From: Gammaproteobacteria bacterium
Lineage (GTDB): Bacteria; Pseudomonadota; Gammaproteobacteria; Steroidobacterales; JABDMI01
Length of the DNA stretch: 64,000 nucleotides
NCBI GenBank assembly: GCA_013001575.1
Contig: JABDMI010000029.1
Location: 4,792 to 68,791 of the forward strand
Reading direction: 5' to 3'
Below, one piece after another: positions 41,687 to 50,542 of the stretch (the first letter of the stretch is position 1; every line of letters starts with the position of its first letter). The position numbers and the translations under genes are program-made. Below the pieces are notes generated by a model. That model was given only the letters and a program-made list of their open reading frames with translations. It made no database searches and was not told where the DNA came from.

Positions 41687-43138
41687 ATGACTACACCTGC
41701 CGGATGGGAAACAGTGATTGGCTTGGAGATTCACGCACAACTCGCCACTAAAACCAAAATATTCTCAGGCTCGTCAACCGCGTTTGGCGCTGCGCCAAAT
41801 ACCCAGGCTAATTTGGTTGACCTGGGTTACCCGGGTGTCTTGCCGGTGCTGAATAAAGAGGTTGTCCACATGGCCGTGAAATTTGGACTGGCAATTGATG
41901 CCGAAGTGGCCAAGCGCTCGGTTTTTGCGCGTAAAAATTACTTTTACCCCGATCTGCCAAAAGGCTATCAGATCAGTCAATTCGAGTTACCGGTTGTAGG
42001 CCTGGGTAAACTCGATATTACCTTGGAAGACGGCAGCACCAAAACCGTTGGTGTCACGCGTGCCCATCTGGAAGAAGACGCGGGCAAATCCTTGCATGAG
42101 GATTTTCACGGTTCCACTGGTATCGATTTGAATCGCGCTGGTACACCATTGCTTGAGATCGTGTCCGAACCGGATATGCGTTCGGCCAAAGAAGCCATTA
42201 CCTACATGAAAAAAATCCACAGTTTGGTGCGTTATCTGGATATTTCCGACGGTAATATGCAAGAAGGTTCTTTCCGTTGTGATGCCAATGTGTCGGTACG
42301 ACCAATCGGTCAAAAAGAATTTGGTACGCGCGCCGAAATTAAAAATTTGAACTCGTTCCGCTTTATTGAAAAAGCCATTAACCACGAAATTGAACGCCAG
42401 GTTGACCTGCTTGAGTCGGGCGGAACAGTAGTGCAAGAAACCCGTTTGTATGATGCCGACAAAGACGAGACTCGTTCCATGCGTTCCAAGGAAGAGGCCA
42501 ACGATTATCGCTACTTCCCGTGTCCGGATCTTTTGCCCCTGGTCATTGATGATGATTACATTGAAGCAGTACGCAAAGAGTTACCGGAATTACCCGATGC
42601 AAAATGCACCCGCTTTAAATCGCATTACGGTTTATCGGACTACGATGCCGATATTCTCACGGCGAGTAAAGACATATCCATTTTTTACGAAGAAGTGGTC
42701 AGCGAAGTCGGTGAATCCGACGCCAAACTTGCCGCAAACTGGGTCATGGGCGATTTTTCCGCGGCCTTGAATAAGGAGGGTCTGGATCTAAATAACAGCA
42801 AGGTGTCGTCCAAAGAGTTGGCGCTGTTACTCAAGCGAATTAAAGACAACACCATTTCAGGAAAAATTGCCAAGGAAGTGTTCGAAGCCATGTGGGCCGG
42901 GGAAGGTGACGCCGACAGCGTGATCGAGGCCAAGGGTTTAAAACAGATCACCGACACCGGGGCAATTGAAGCCATCATCGATGAAGTGATTAGCAATAGT
43001 CCAAATCAACTGGAACAATATCGCAGTGGTAAGGATAAATTATTTGGTTATTTTGTCGGACAGATAATGAAAGCCACGCAAGGCAAAGCCAATCCGGCAG
43101 TGGTGAATCAATTATTAAAAAACAAACTCAAGGGCTAG
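41687..43138 (+). CDS. gatB: Glu/Asp-tRNA amidotransferase subunit B
   Basis: [28 protein letters not shown], and a C-terminal YqeY-like domain. Confidence 0.95.
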   Translation: MTTPAGWETVIGLEIHAQLATKTKIFSGSSTAFGAAPNTQANLVDLGYPGVLPVLNKEVVHMAVKFGLAIDAEVAKRSVFARKNYFYPDLPKGYQISQFELPVVGLGKLDITLEDGSTKTVGVTRAHLEEDAGKSLHEDFHGSTGIDLNRAGTPLLEIVSEPDMRSAKEAITYMKKIHSLVRYLDISDGNMQEGSFRCDANVSVRPIGQKEFGTRAEIKNLNSFRFIEKAINHEIERQVDLLESGGTVVQETRLYDADKDETRSMRSKEEANDYRYFPCPDLLPLVIDDDYIEAVRKELPELPDAKCTRFKSHYGLSDYDADILTASKDISIFYEEVVSEVGESDAKLAANWVMGDFSAALNKEGLDLNNSKVSSKELALLLKRIKDNTISGKIAKEVFEAMWAGEGDADSVIEAKGLKQITDTGAIEAIIDEVISNSPNQLEQYRSGKDKLFGYFVGQIMKATQGKANPAVVNQLLKNKLKG

Positions 43139-43169
43139 TCTTTTTTAAGTAAATTATCACAATAGATCA

Positions 43170-44060
43170 ATGTCGCAAATACCAGTACAAGACCATCACA
43201 TTCGCTTTCTGTTTGAAGGCGTGAGCGTGCGTGGTGAGCTGGTGCAGTTGCAACACACCTGGGAAAAAATGCAGGAACGCCACGCTTACCCGAAAGCGGT
43301 CAAAAATATTCTGGGCGAAGCGCTCGCCGCTACGGTTTTATTGTCTTCAACCCTGAAATTCAATGGCAATCTCACCTTTCAAATGCAAGGCGACGGCGCA
43401 TTACGTCTGGTGGTTGTGCAGATATCGCACGATGGATACATACGCGGGCTGGCTCGCTGGGATGGAGAAATTCCCACCGGTGGGCTAAATAAAAAAATGG
43501 GAGATGCCAGAATTGTGATCACCATTGCCAATCAGGATCGCAAAGACCCGTATCAGGCGATCGTGCCCGTGCAAGGCAAAACTATCTCCGCATGCTTGCA
43601 ACATTACTTTAATTCATCGGTGCAAGTGCCCACCCGCCTGTGGCTGGGGGTGAGCGACCAGCAAGTAGCCGGAATGCTTTTGCAACGCTTGCCTGATGAA
43701 ACTGAATACAAAGAAATGCACGATGAAGACTGGAACCGATTATGCATTTTGGCCGACACGGTCAAGCAAGAAGAATTATTGGCTCTGGAGCCACCGGAAT
43801 TACTCTATCGCCTGTTTCATGAAGAGCAGGTTGGCATTGTTGCCAGCGAGCAGATCACCTTTGCCTGTTCTTGTTCATCAGAACGCATAGAAACCACCAT
43901 CAAATCCCTGGGCCAGGCGGAAGTTTTATCGATAATTGATGAAATGGGTTCGGTAGAAGTGCGGTGTGAGTTTTGCAATAAGGCTTATCATTATTCTCGT
44001 TCGGACGCCGATAGACTATTTGATTCGGTCTCGGTGGAAGAGAATCGGACTGTGCATTAA
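43170..44060 (+). CDS. hslO: Redox-regulated chaperone Hsp33
   Basis: C-terminal zinc centre FACSCS ... CEFCNKAY and an N-terminal Hsp33 core. Confidence 0.9.
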   Translation: MSQIPVQDHHIRFLFEGVSVRGELVQLQHTWEKMQERHAYPKAVKNILGEALAATVLLSSTLKFNGNLTFQMQGDGALRLVVVQISHDGYIRGLARWDGEIPTGGLNKKMGDARIVITIANQDRKDPYQAIVPVQGKTISACLQHYFNSSVQVPTRLWLGVSDQQVAGMLLQRLPDETEYKEMHDEDWNRLCILADTVKQEELLALEPPELLYRLFHEEQVGIVASEQITFACSCSSERIETTIKSLGQAEVLSIIDEMGSVEVRCEFCNKAYHYSRSDADRLFDSVSVEENRTVH

Positions 44061-44088
44061 CAATAGCTATATCAATTCCTTATCATTT

Positions 44089-44379
44089 ATGCAATTTCTG
44101 GTTACCGCACACGACTATCAAGACAGCGATGCAATAAATCGCAGGATGGCCATGCGTGACAAGCATCTTGCAGGAGCGACTAAGCTGTTATCGCAAGGAA
44201 TTTTGTTGAGTGCCGGAGCATTTTTGGACGACAACGGAAAAATGATCGGGTCGTCCCTGATCTATGATATTGACAATAAAGAACTATTGGAAAAAATCTT
44301 GAATGCCGACCCTTATGTTTCTGGCCAAGTGTGGGAAAGTTTCGAGATCAGGGAAATCAAGCTTTTTAATCCGAACTAA
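44089..44379 (+). CDS. YciI-like protein
   Basis: The internal ATG at 44089 gives a 96-aa product, MQFLVTAHD..DPYV..W. The tracked longer ORF (from 43966) overlaps hslO. Confidence 0.6.
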   Translation: MQFLVTAHDYQDSDAINRRMAMRDKHLAGATKLLSQGILLSAGAFLDDNGKMIGSSLIYDIDNKELLEKILNADPYVSGQVWESFEIREIKLFNPN

Positions 44380-44382
44380 GGG

Positions 44383-44850
44383 TTATTCAATCTTGCTCAA
44401 CAACATCGGCACACAAGGGATATGATCCTTTTCAAAATACTCACCGTTTTCCACAAATCCAAAATTCTTATAGACATCCACCGCCATTAAGGATGAGTTG
44501 ACCCGAAAGCTTTGGTTTTTAGCCTGTTCAGAACATTGCTCCAGATAAAAATCCCACATTTTTCGGGCGATACCGTGTCGTCGGTATGCTTTGTCCACAA
44601 ATAAATGATAAAGATGATTGGGTTCGTCGTTATATTCTTTAATCCCGATCACACCAACTATTTGCTCCTCATGTAAAGCTATAAAATATAAATAAGCTTC
44701 CGAAAAACGCAATTTGATCTTTTCAGGTGTGTTGTGTTGAATCATAAATGCCTATGCGATCTCCGGAAGCGATGGCAGGGCATTGCGAATCACCAATTTC
44801 GAGATCTCAGTCGCATCTTTTGCAGTGGCTAAGCGAATACTTATATGCAT
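44383..44850 (-). pseudogene. GNAT N-acetyltransferase interrupted by one in-frame TAG (codon 33)
   Basis: The minus-strand reading is MHISIRLATAKDATEISKLVIRNALPSLPEIA, then TAG, then AFMIQHNT... in the same frame. The Q/RxxGxA motif is YRRHGIARKM. The ATG at 44850 directly follows the TAA of the upstream CARF nuclease gene. Confidence 0.75.
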
Positions 44851-46026
44851 TTAGGTTGCACTTTTTAGCCAGACTTCGATCTGTGTGCCCAGGTTTTTGA
44901 GATCAGCGTTCGCGGCCACAAAAATATTCAGGTCATCGGCACGGCGTTGATTGCCTTCACTCAGGTTTTCAAGTGCAACCAGCATGGCCTTGCCGCGAAT
45001 GCCGCCCAACAGATCACGTAAACTGTCCAGCTTGTATATGGCCTTGAGACCATGCCCGGTCGAGGATTTTTTACGGCGAAAGCGCTGGGTTTTGCATTCG
45101 ATTATGTGCAGTGAGTTGTTGTACAAAAAAGCCACGTCGATCTCATTCGGGATTATGCCCGTCGGGGTCTGCCGATGGACTTTGACATTGCGCGCGACAT
45201 CCTGGATCTGCGGAATGTGCTGTTGCAGTTTACTGATCACATCAAACACATAAGCTTCCAGCCACCCGCCACTGGCATACCAGCGCGCCTGATAGCTTTT
45301 AAATACCAGTTCATTTTTCGTGTAGTGCAAAAATTTATGTTGCTGATAAATACCCAGTAACTGTTTTAATCCTTTGCTCTTCAGGTCATTGGGTTTGAGT
45401 CGCGTGCGATCTTCCCGGTCGGCGCGCGTGGCCAAACGGTTTAACACATTAAAGGCGTTGCTGATCTGCGGTGCGGCTTGGGCCAGAGCAAAGACCAGTT
45501 TTTTCTCCTCGCCTTCCAGCGGGCTGCGGTCAATGGCTACTGTGCCGGTTTTTACGACCTCGGCCCCTCGTACCCCCATGTAATCGTCAATACTGATCTT
45601 GTCGGCCAAATTGAAGTCTTTTCTTTTGCCGTCATTCACCCACATCAAAGTGTCGGTTTTAGGATGCACATAAAATATCGGGAGATTTGCTGCGCGAAAC
45701 ACATGACAGGCTGCAATATTCATTGCTTTGGTCCCGCCAGCAGCGTTTAGTGTTAATGCCGCGTTTTTGTAGGTATTGAGTAATTCCTGCATGGATTTCT
45801 GGATCGTGTGCACATCCCAGGCGTCTTGTATCTGCCAATCAATAACCGGGATTTTATGTTTTTTCAGGGTTGTGCTTAACCATTCCACTTTTTCCTGGAT
45901 ATCAGGGCTGGCAACAATAATGACCTGATGTGGACGCGTGCGTTTATCCAACAGAGGTGTGATGATGGTATTGGGCTGATCAGTGATCAAACACACGTGA
46001 ATACGTTTTTTCTTGGTCTGTGACAT
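44851..46026 (-). CDS. Card1/Can2-like CARF-domain plus PD-(D/E)xK nuclease (DUF1887-like)
   Basis: N-terminal Rossmann-like CARF signatures (RIHVCLITDQPN and LNAAGGTKAM). C-terminal restriction-endonuclease-like motif GGWLEAYVFD ... NEIDVAFLYNNSLHIIECKT (D-x13-E-x-K). The start at 46026 is preferred because the tracked TTG at 46074 lies inside the upstream terminator T-run. Confidence 0.7.
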   Translation of the reverse strand: MSQTKKKRIHVCLITDQPNTIITPLLDKRTRPHQVIIVASPDIQEKVEWLSTTLKKHKIPVIDWQIQDAWDVHTIQKSMQELLNTYKNAALTLNAAGGTKAMNIAACHVFRAANLPIFYVHPKTDTLMWVNDGKRKDFNLADKISIDDYMGVRGAEVVKTGTVAIDRSPLEGEEKKLVFALAQAAPQISNAFNVLNRLATRADREDRTRLKPNDLKSKGLKQLLGIYQQHKFLHYTKNELVFKSYQARWYASGGWLEAYVFDVISKLQQHIPQIQDVARNVKVHRQTPTGIIPNEIDVAFLYNNSLHIIECKTQRFRRKKSSTGHGLKAIYKLDSLRDLLGGIRGKAMLVALENLSEGNQRRADDLNIFVAANADLKNLGTQIEVWLKSAT

Positions 46027-46072
46027 GGCCTCAATGGCTGTTTGGTGTTTTGCCGGATTAATCCAGTGTAAC

Positions 46073-46098
46073 AAAAAAGAGCGAACCGAAGTTCGCTC
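46073..46098 (-). terminator. Rho-independent terminator (UUCG tetraloop)
   Basis: The minus strand reads GAGCGAAC-TTCG-GTTCGCTC followed by TTTTTTG, 43 nt after the stop of the 306-aa secreted protein gene. Confidence 0.85.
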
Positions 46099-46140
46099 TC
46101 TGGATCAAGATAAATCTACTGACTTTATTCATATCCGGGA

Positions 46141-47061
46141 TTATTGAATGCCTTGCCCATAATGACGATAACGGCTATTGGGTGGCGGCGGTACAAATCC
46201 GTAGTTGCCATAAGATCCTGACCAAAAACGGTTGCGCTCACGTTTGTTGTATCCGCAACGACTGATGCCCATTTCACACAAAGTGGCCTTACGCTCGTAT
46301 TTAATAAAGTGTTTGACCGCGGCGTATTTTTCAGCTTTAAAATGCACCCGACGTGAAGGTGAATAGCGATTGTCACCGTAACCCGTGCCCAGCTCATCCA
46401 GCGCTTCTGACTGGTAACCACCTTTGGATTGTGGTGCACGTTTCTGTGCTGAACCCGATGGCGACTGTTTGCGTGATCCTGAATCACCTCTACCTTTATA
46501 AGCATAGTCGTCGTAGTCCGGCTCTCTATACCAGCGACCATTTTTCTCTTTGAACACAGCGACCGCGATCACACCCATGGCCGAACGATCCCCAAAGGTC
46601 TGGTCGGAATACGAATCCGGTACATCGGTGAAATAGAATTCGTTGATTCGATTCTTGCCACTTCTCCAGCCGTCATAAGTAGCCGCCTGGTAAGGATTAA
46701 GAATGTACATGCGTTCTTTGGCTTTGAGTTTAGACTTTTTACCACTGATGATATTGCGACCGTCAACCGCAATTACCAGGCCAATTCGCTGACGTGTGTT
46801 GTTTTTCACCCTGATGCCATACGACTTGCCGTCTTTGGCTTCCAGATAAGCACGTTTCACGCTGTATTGACCGCTATTGATCGGGTATTTTTTAAAGCGT
46901 CGCCCGTAATCATTCACCACTTGCACATCCACCAGTTTGCCGGCATGTGGATAAGCGATGCGATCATTGTCGTGACCCGCCATTAATTGCGGTACTGCAA
47001 ACACGGCGATCAAGGTGAGCAATACAATAAAATAATTATTAACTTTGTTGGGTGTTTTCAT
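46141..47061 (-). CDS. Secreted protein of unknown function
   Basis: ATG at 47061 is preceded by AGGAG with a 6-nt spacer. Signal peptide MKTPNKVNNYFIVLLTLIAVFAVPQLMA. The C-terminal half is basic and Tyr/Gly-rich. No family was recognised. Confidence 0.6.
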   Translation of the reverse strand: MKTPNKVNNYFIVLLTLIAVFAVPQLMAGHDNDRIAYPHAGKLVDVQVVNDYGRRFKKYPINSGQYSVKRAYLEAKDGKSYGIRVKNNTRQRIGLVIAVDGRNIISGKKSKLKAKERMYILNPYQAATYDGWRSGKNRINEFYFTDVPDSYSDQTFGDRSAMGVIAVAVFKEKNGRWYREPDYDDYAYKGRGDSGSRKQSPSGSAQKRAPQSKGGYQSEALDELGTGYGDNRYSPSRRVHFKAEKYAAVKHFIKYERKATLCEMGISRCGYNKRERNRFWSGSYGNYGFVPPPPNSRYRHYGQGIQ

Positions 47062-47271
47062 AACGTACTCCTGATGAATGGTCTTGATTGCAACACACTG
47101 ATGTGCTGCTTTTTTCAAGCTTCGTGAACAGATTGCCATGCAGTGACTGAATTGTGACTGAATGTAAAAAAAACATTATTCAGTTTGAATTCAGGAACTT
47201 AAGACAAAACCGTCCAGTATCAGAAGAAACGAGAGAGATCCCGGAATGGGGTTAAAAAAAGAATAAAAATA

Positions 47272-48120
47272 TCAGCAGAAATGCGCGGGTAGTTGTATGA
47301 CAGGGTTTTCGTCGGACTTTTCGGATTTGATAAGTCGAGTGACTTTTTCTTGATAGGCTGAATCTACCTGGCTCGCGAGCACACGTAATAAGGGTGAAAT
47401 GTTATTTGGGTTTTCCAGGCCTGGATCGTCTAAACGATGGTGTAATTGACGTGCGATTGCCGAGGAAGTGTTGATGGTGACGGCGGCATGAAATTCTTCG
47501 TGTATGAGTTGTTCGATCAACGGGTAATGGGTGCAACCCAGAACCACTGTATCAACCTGATTATTTTTAAACTCATCCAGATACAGGCGTAACAGAGTGC
47601 GGGTTTCTGAAAAGTCCGGGTATTCATCTTCAATGGCTTGCACCAAGCCGACACAGGCTTGTTCAAAAACTTTTACATCTTTTCCCACCAGATTGCGTAA
47701 ATTCGCATATTTTTGACTGCGCAAGGTCCCGGCGGTGGCAAGCACGCCGATGTTTCCGGTTTGGGTTATCTCGCAAGCCGGTTTGATCCCGGGTTCTACA
47801 CCAATTATGGGTAAGTCAAAATGTTCACGACAATGCTTAATGGCAGCCGCGGTTGCTGTGTTACACGCCATAACAATGGCTTTTACCGGATAGGCAGAAT
47901 AAAACTCGCACAAGCGATGCGCTCTATCGATGATCTCTTCACGACTGCGATCGCCATAGGGTAAATATTTGTTGTCAGCAATATAGATAATATCTTCGCC
48001 GGGCATTTGCTTTTGAATGGCTTTGACTACGGTTAGGCCCCCGAGTCCCGAATCCAGAACCCCAATCGGCCATTTGGGGTCCAGTTTTAGACGTGAAGAA
48101 TTTTGAGAAGCGGTATTCAT
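47272..48120 (-). CDS. murI: Glutamate racemase
   Basis: IGVLDSGLGGLTV, ACNTA and GCTHYP catalytic-cysteine motifs. Confidence 0.9.
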   Translation of the reverse strand: MNTASQNSSRLKLDPKWPIGVLDSGLGGLTVVKAIQKQMPGEDIIYIADNKYLPYGDRSREEIIDRAHRLCEFYSAYPVKAIVMACNTATAAAIKHCREHFDLPIIGVEPGIKPACEITQTGNIGVLATAGTLRSQKYANLRNLVGKDVKVFEQACVGLVQAIEDEYPDFSETRTLLRLYLDEFKNNQVDTVVLGCTHYPLIEQLIHEEFHAAVTINTSSAIARQLHHRLDDPGLENPNNISPLLRVLASQVDSAYQEKVTRLIKSEKSDENPVIQLPAHFC

Positions 48121-49001
48121 TAGATTAGATACTGCAATACACTAACTCTGTCCAGAGCTTGAAAATCTTGCAAACACATCTGGTAATCCAGTCCAAAGCG
48201 TTGTGCCATTTCCTGAATGTCCAGTGACTGTTCATGCCCGTGCTCTAATAACAAATAGCCATTGGGTTTAAGATAGGTTTTTGCGCCGGACACCAGTTGC
48301 TCGATAATCGCTAAACCGTTATTCTCAGCAATCAGGGCGTGACGTGGTTCGTGTTGCATGGTTGGGTGTAATAAATACTGATCGTCGGCAGCAATATATG
48401 GCGGGTTACTCACGATGAGGTCGTAATTGTCTTCTGGAAGTGCGGAAAACAAGTCGCCTTTGAACATCGCCACATTATCCAGTTGCAAGCGTGCCAAACT
48501 GCGATTGGCAACTCGCAAGGCCATGCCGTCAATATCGCAGGCATGCACTTCACAGTCGGGTCTTTCACTGGCCAGGGCAAAGGCAATCGCTCCCGAACCT
48601 GTGCAAATATCGGCAATTACTTGCTCGGAATTTTCCGGGATTAACTTTAAGGCGTGTTCAACCAGCAACTCGGTCTCGGGTCGGGGCACCAGAGTATGTT
48701 CATCTACATCCACAAGCAGATTCCAGAAGCCTTTGCTGCCCAACAGATAAGCAATGGGTTTGCCAGTGGCACGTTTTTCGATGAGGGCATCAAACTGCTC
48801 TTTATGCTCAGTAGAAACGATCTTGTCCGGCCAGGCTTTGAGTGCGCTGCGGTTACACCCCAGCACATGCGCGAGCAAGATATCAGCGTCCAGGCTTGGC
48901 GAATGACTGGCTTGATGAATTCGTTGATACGCACTTTCCAGCAAGTCGGTAACACATTGACTTGATCCGCTTAAACTCTGATCATTTGTTAAGGAATGCA
49001 T
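48120..49001 (-). CDS. prmC: Release factor glutamine methyltransferase
   Basis: PRPETE, DICTGSGAIA, and the catalytic NPPY motif. Confidence 0.9.
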   Translation of the reverse strand: MHSLTNDQSLSGSSQCVTDLLESAYQRIHQASHSPSLDADILLAHVLGCNRSALKAWPDKIVSTEHKEQFDALIEKRATGKPIAYLLGSKGFWNLLVDVDEHTLVPRPETELLVEHALKLIPENSEQVIADICTGSGAIAFALASERPDCEVHACDIDGMALRVANRSLARLQLDNVAMFKGDLFSALPEDNYDLIVSNPPYIAADDQYLLHPTMQHEPRHALIAENNGLAIIEQLVSGAKTYLKPNGYLLLEHGHEQSLDIQEMAQRFGLDYQMCLQDFQALDRVSVLQYLI

Positions 49002-49058
49002 GGGATTATTGTAGTGGCTTGGCGTACAATACGCTGGTCTAATTTCAGTGATATTTTT

Positions 49059-50507
49059 ATGCCAGATACCAGCAATTCACTTCCTTCAGATACTGAGCAG
49101 GCTGCTGTGTATCCGGATGTCATCTCCATGATTGGTAAAACGCCAATGGTGCGCATCAATTCCCTGGATACCGGGCTTTGTGAACTTTACATCAAGCTCG
49201 AGAGCATGAATCCGGGTGGATCGGTTAAAGACCGTATTGGTTTGCAAATGATCACTGCCGCTGAACAACGCGGCGAACTCAAACCTGGCGACACCGTGAT
49301 CGAGGCAACGGCGGGTAATACCGGAATTGGTTTGGCGCTGGTAGCAGGGCAAAAAGGCTACAACATGGTCTTGGTAATGCCCGACAAAATGAGCCGTGAA
49401 AAAGTCGATATGCTTAAAGCCATGGGGGCGGAAGTATTGATGACCCGATCTGATGTGGCTAAAGGGCATCCGGAATATTATCAAGACCTGGGCAAACGTC
49501 TGGCCGAGGAGAATGGCTGGTTTTTCATTAATCAATTTGCCAATCCCGACAACCCCAAAGCGCACGAACTGACCACCGCGCCGGAAATTTTTTCACAACT
49601 TGATAATGAGGTAGATGCCATCGTGGTGGGTGTTGGGTCATCCGGAACTATTTCTGGGATCAGTGCTTACTTGAAACGGCATGCGCCCGATACCGAGATT
49701 GTGTTAGCCGATCCAGAAGGATCCATTTTGGCACCTTATATTAAAACCGGTAAATTTATTGAAGCCGGCAGCTGGTTGGTCGAAGGCATCGGCGAAGATT
49801 TTATTCCGGACATTTGTGATCTCTCTTTAGTGAAAAATGCTTACGCTGTCACAGATGCGCAGGCCTTTAAAGCTGCACGGGATCTGTTGCAAGTGGAAGG
49901 CATATTCGGAGGTCCATCATCCGGCACCTTACTATACGCGGCGTTGGAGTATTGCCGGGCGCAAACCGAACCCAAAAAAGTGGTGACTTTTGCTTGTGAC
50001 ACAGGTAACCGGTATTTGTCCAAGGCCTTTAATGGTGGTTGGCTGTATGACATGGGCTTTGAAGACCGGCCATTCAATCGTTCGCCAAAAACCGGTAAAG
50101 AAAATACCACGCGCGCCATTATCGGGCGTTTGTATGAGCGTCGCCAAACCATTGTGGTGTCGCCTACAGACAGCCTGTTAACCGCACTTAAGCGTTTTCG
50201 CGACAACAGTGTTTCGCAATTGCCGGTTATTGATGACGGTGAATTCGCCGGAATCCTGACCGATAGCATGGTCATGCAATATGCCAGTCTCAATCCAGGT
50301 CGAATGCACGATCCGGTCTCAAACATTGATATTACCGATTTCCCGATCCTGACCTCCTCAAATACTCTGGAAGAAGTCCAGGCGGTGCTTGAAGATGAAT
50401 CGTACGTAGTGGTATTTGAAGACGCGCGTTTTTTGGGCCTGATCACCCGGATCGATATTTTGAATTATTTGTACCGTATGGACTTGTTTGAAAAAAATTG
50501 CGAATAG
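49059..50507 (+). CDS. PLP-dependent cysteine synthase / cystathionine beta-synthase-like enzyme fused to a CBS (Bateman) pair
   Basis: IGKTPMVRI, PLP-lysine motif NPGGSVKDR, and GNTGIGLA. The C-terminal roughly 130 aa form two CBS motifs. ATG at 49059 (MPDTS) is preferred over the tracked upstream start. Confidence 0.8.
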   Translation: MPDTSNSLPSDTEQAAVYPDVISMIGKTPMVRINSLDTGLCELYIKLESMNPGGSVKDRIGLQMITAAEQRGELKPGDTVIEATAGNTGIGLALVAGQKGYNMVLVMPDKMSREKVDMLKAMGAEVLMTRSDVAKGHPEYYQDLGKRLAEENGWFFINQFANPDNPKAHELTTAPEIFSQLDNEVDAIVVGVGSSGTISGISAYLKRHAPDTEIVLADPEGSILAPYIKTGKFIEAGSWLVEGIGEDFIPDICDLSLVKNAYAVTDAQAFKAARDLLQVEGIFGGPSSGTLLYAALEYCRAQTEPKKVVTFACDTGNRYLSKAFNGGWLYDMGFEDRPFNRSPKTGKENTTRAIIGRLYERRQTIVVSPTDSLLTALKRFRDNSVSQLPVIDDGEFAGILTDSMVMQYASLNPGRMHDPVSNIDITDFPILTSSNTLEEVQAVLEDESYVVVFEDARFLGLITRIDILNYLYRMDLFEKNCE

Positions 50508-50542
50508 TGTTGAGAAGGCTTCAATTTGAAAGGAGATTTGAC

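Noticed and set aside
46027-46074. The tracked TTG start (MLHWINPAK...) of the CARF nuclease ORF at 46074.
   Set aside because: The TTG lies within the T-run of the upstream gene's terminator hairpin. The ATG at 46026 (MSQTKKKRIHV...) is a more plausible start. The 16 extra codons are probably not translated.
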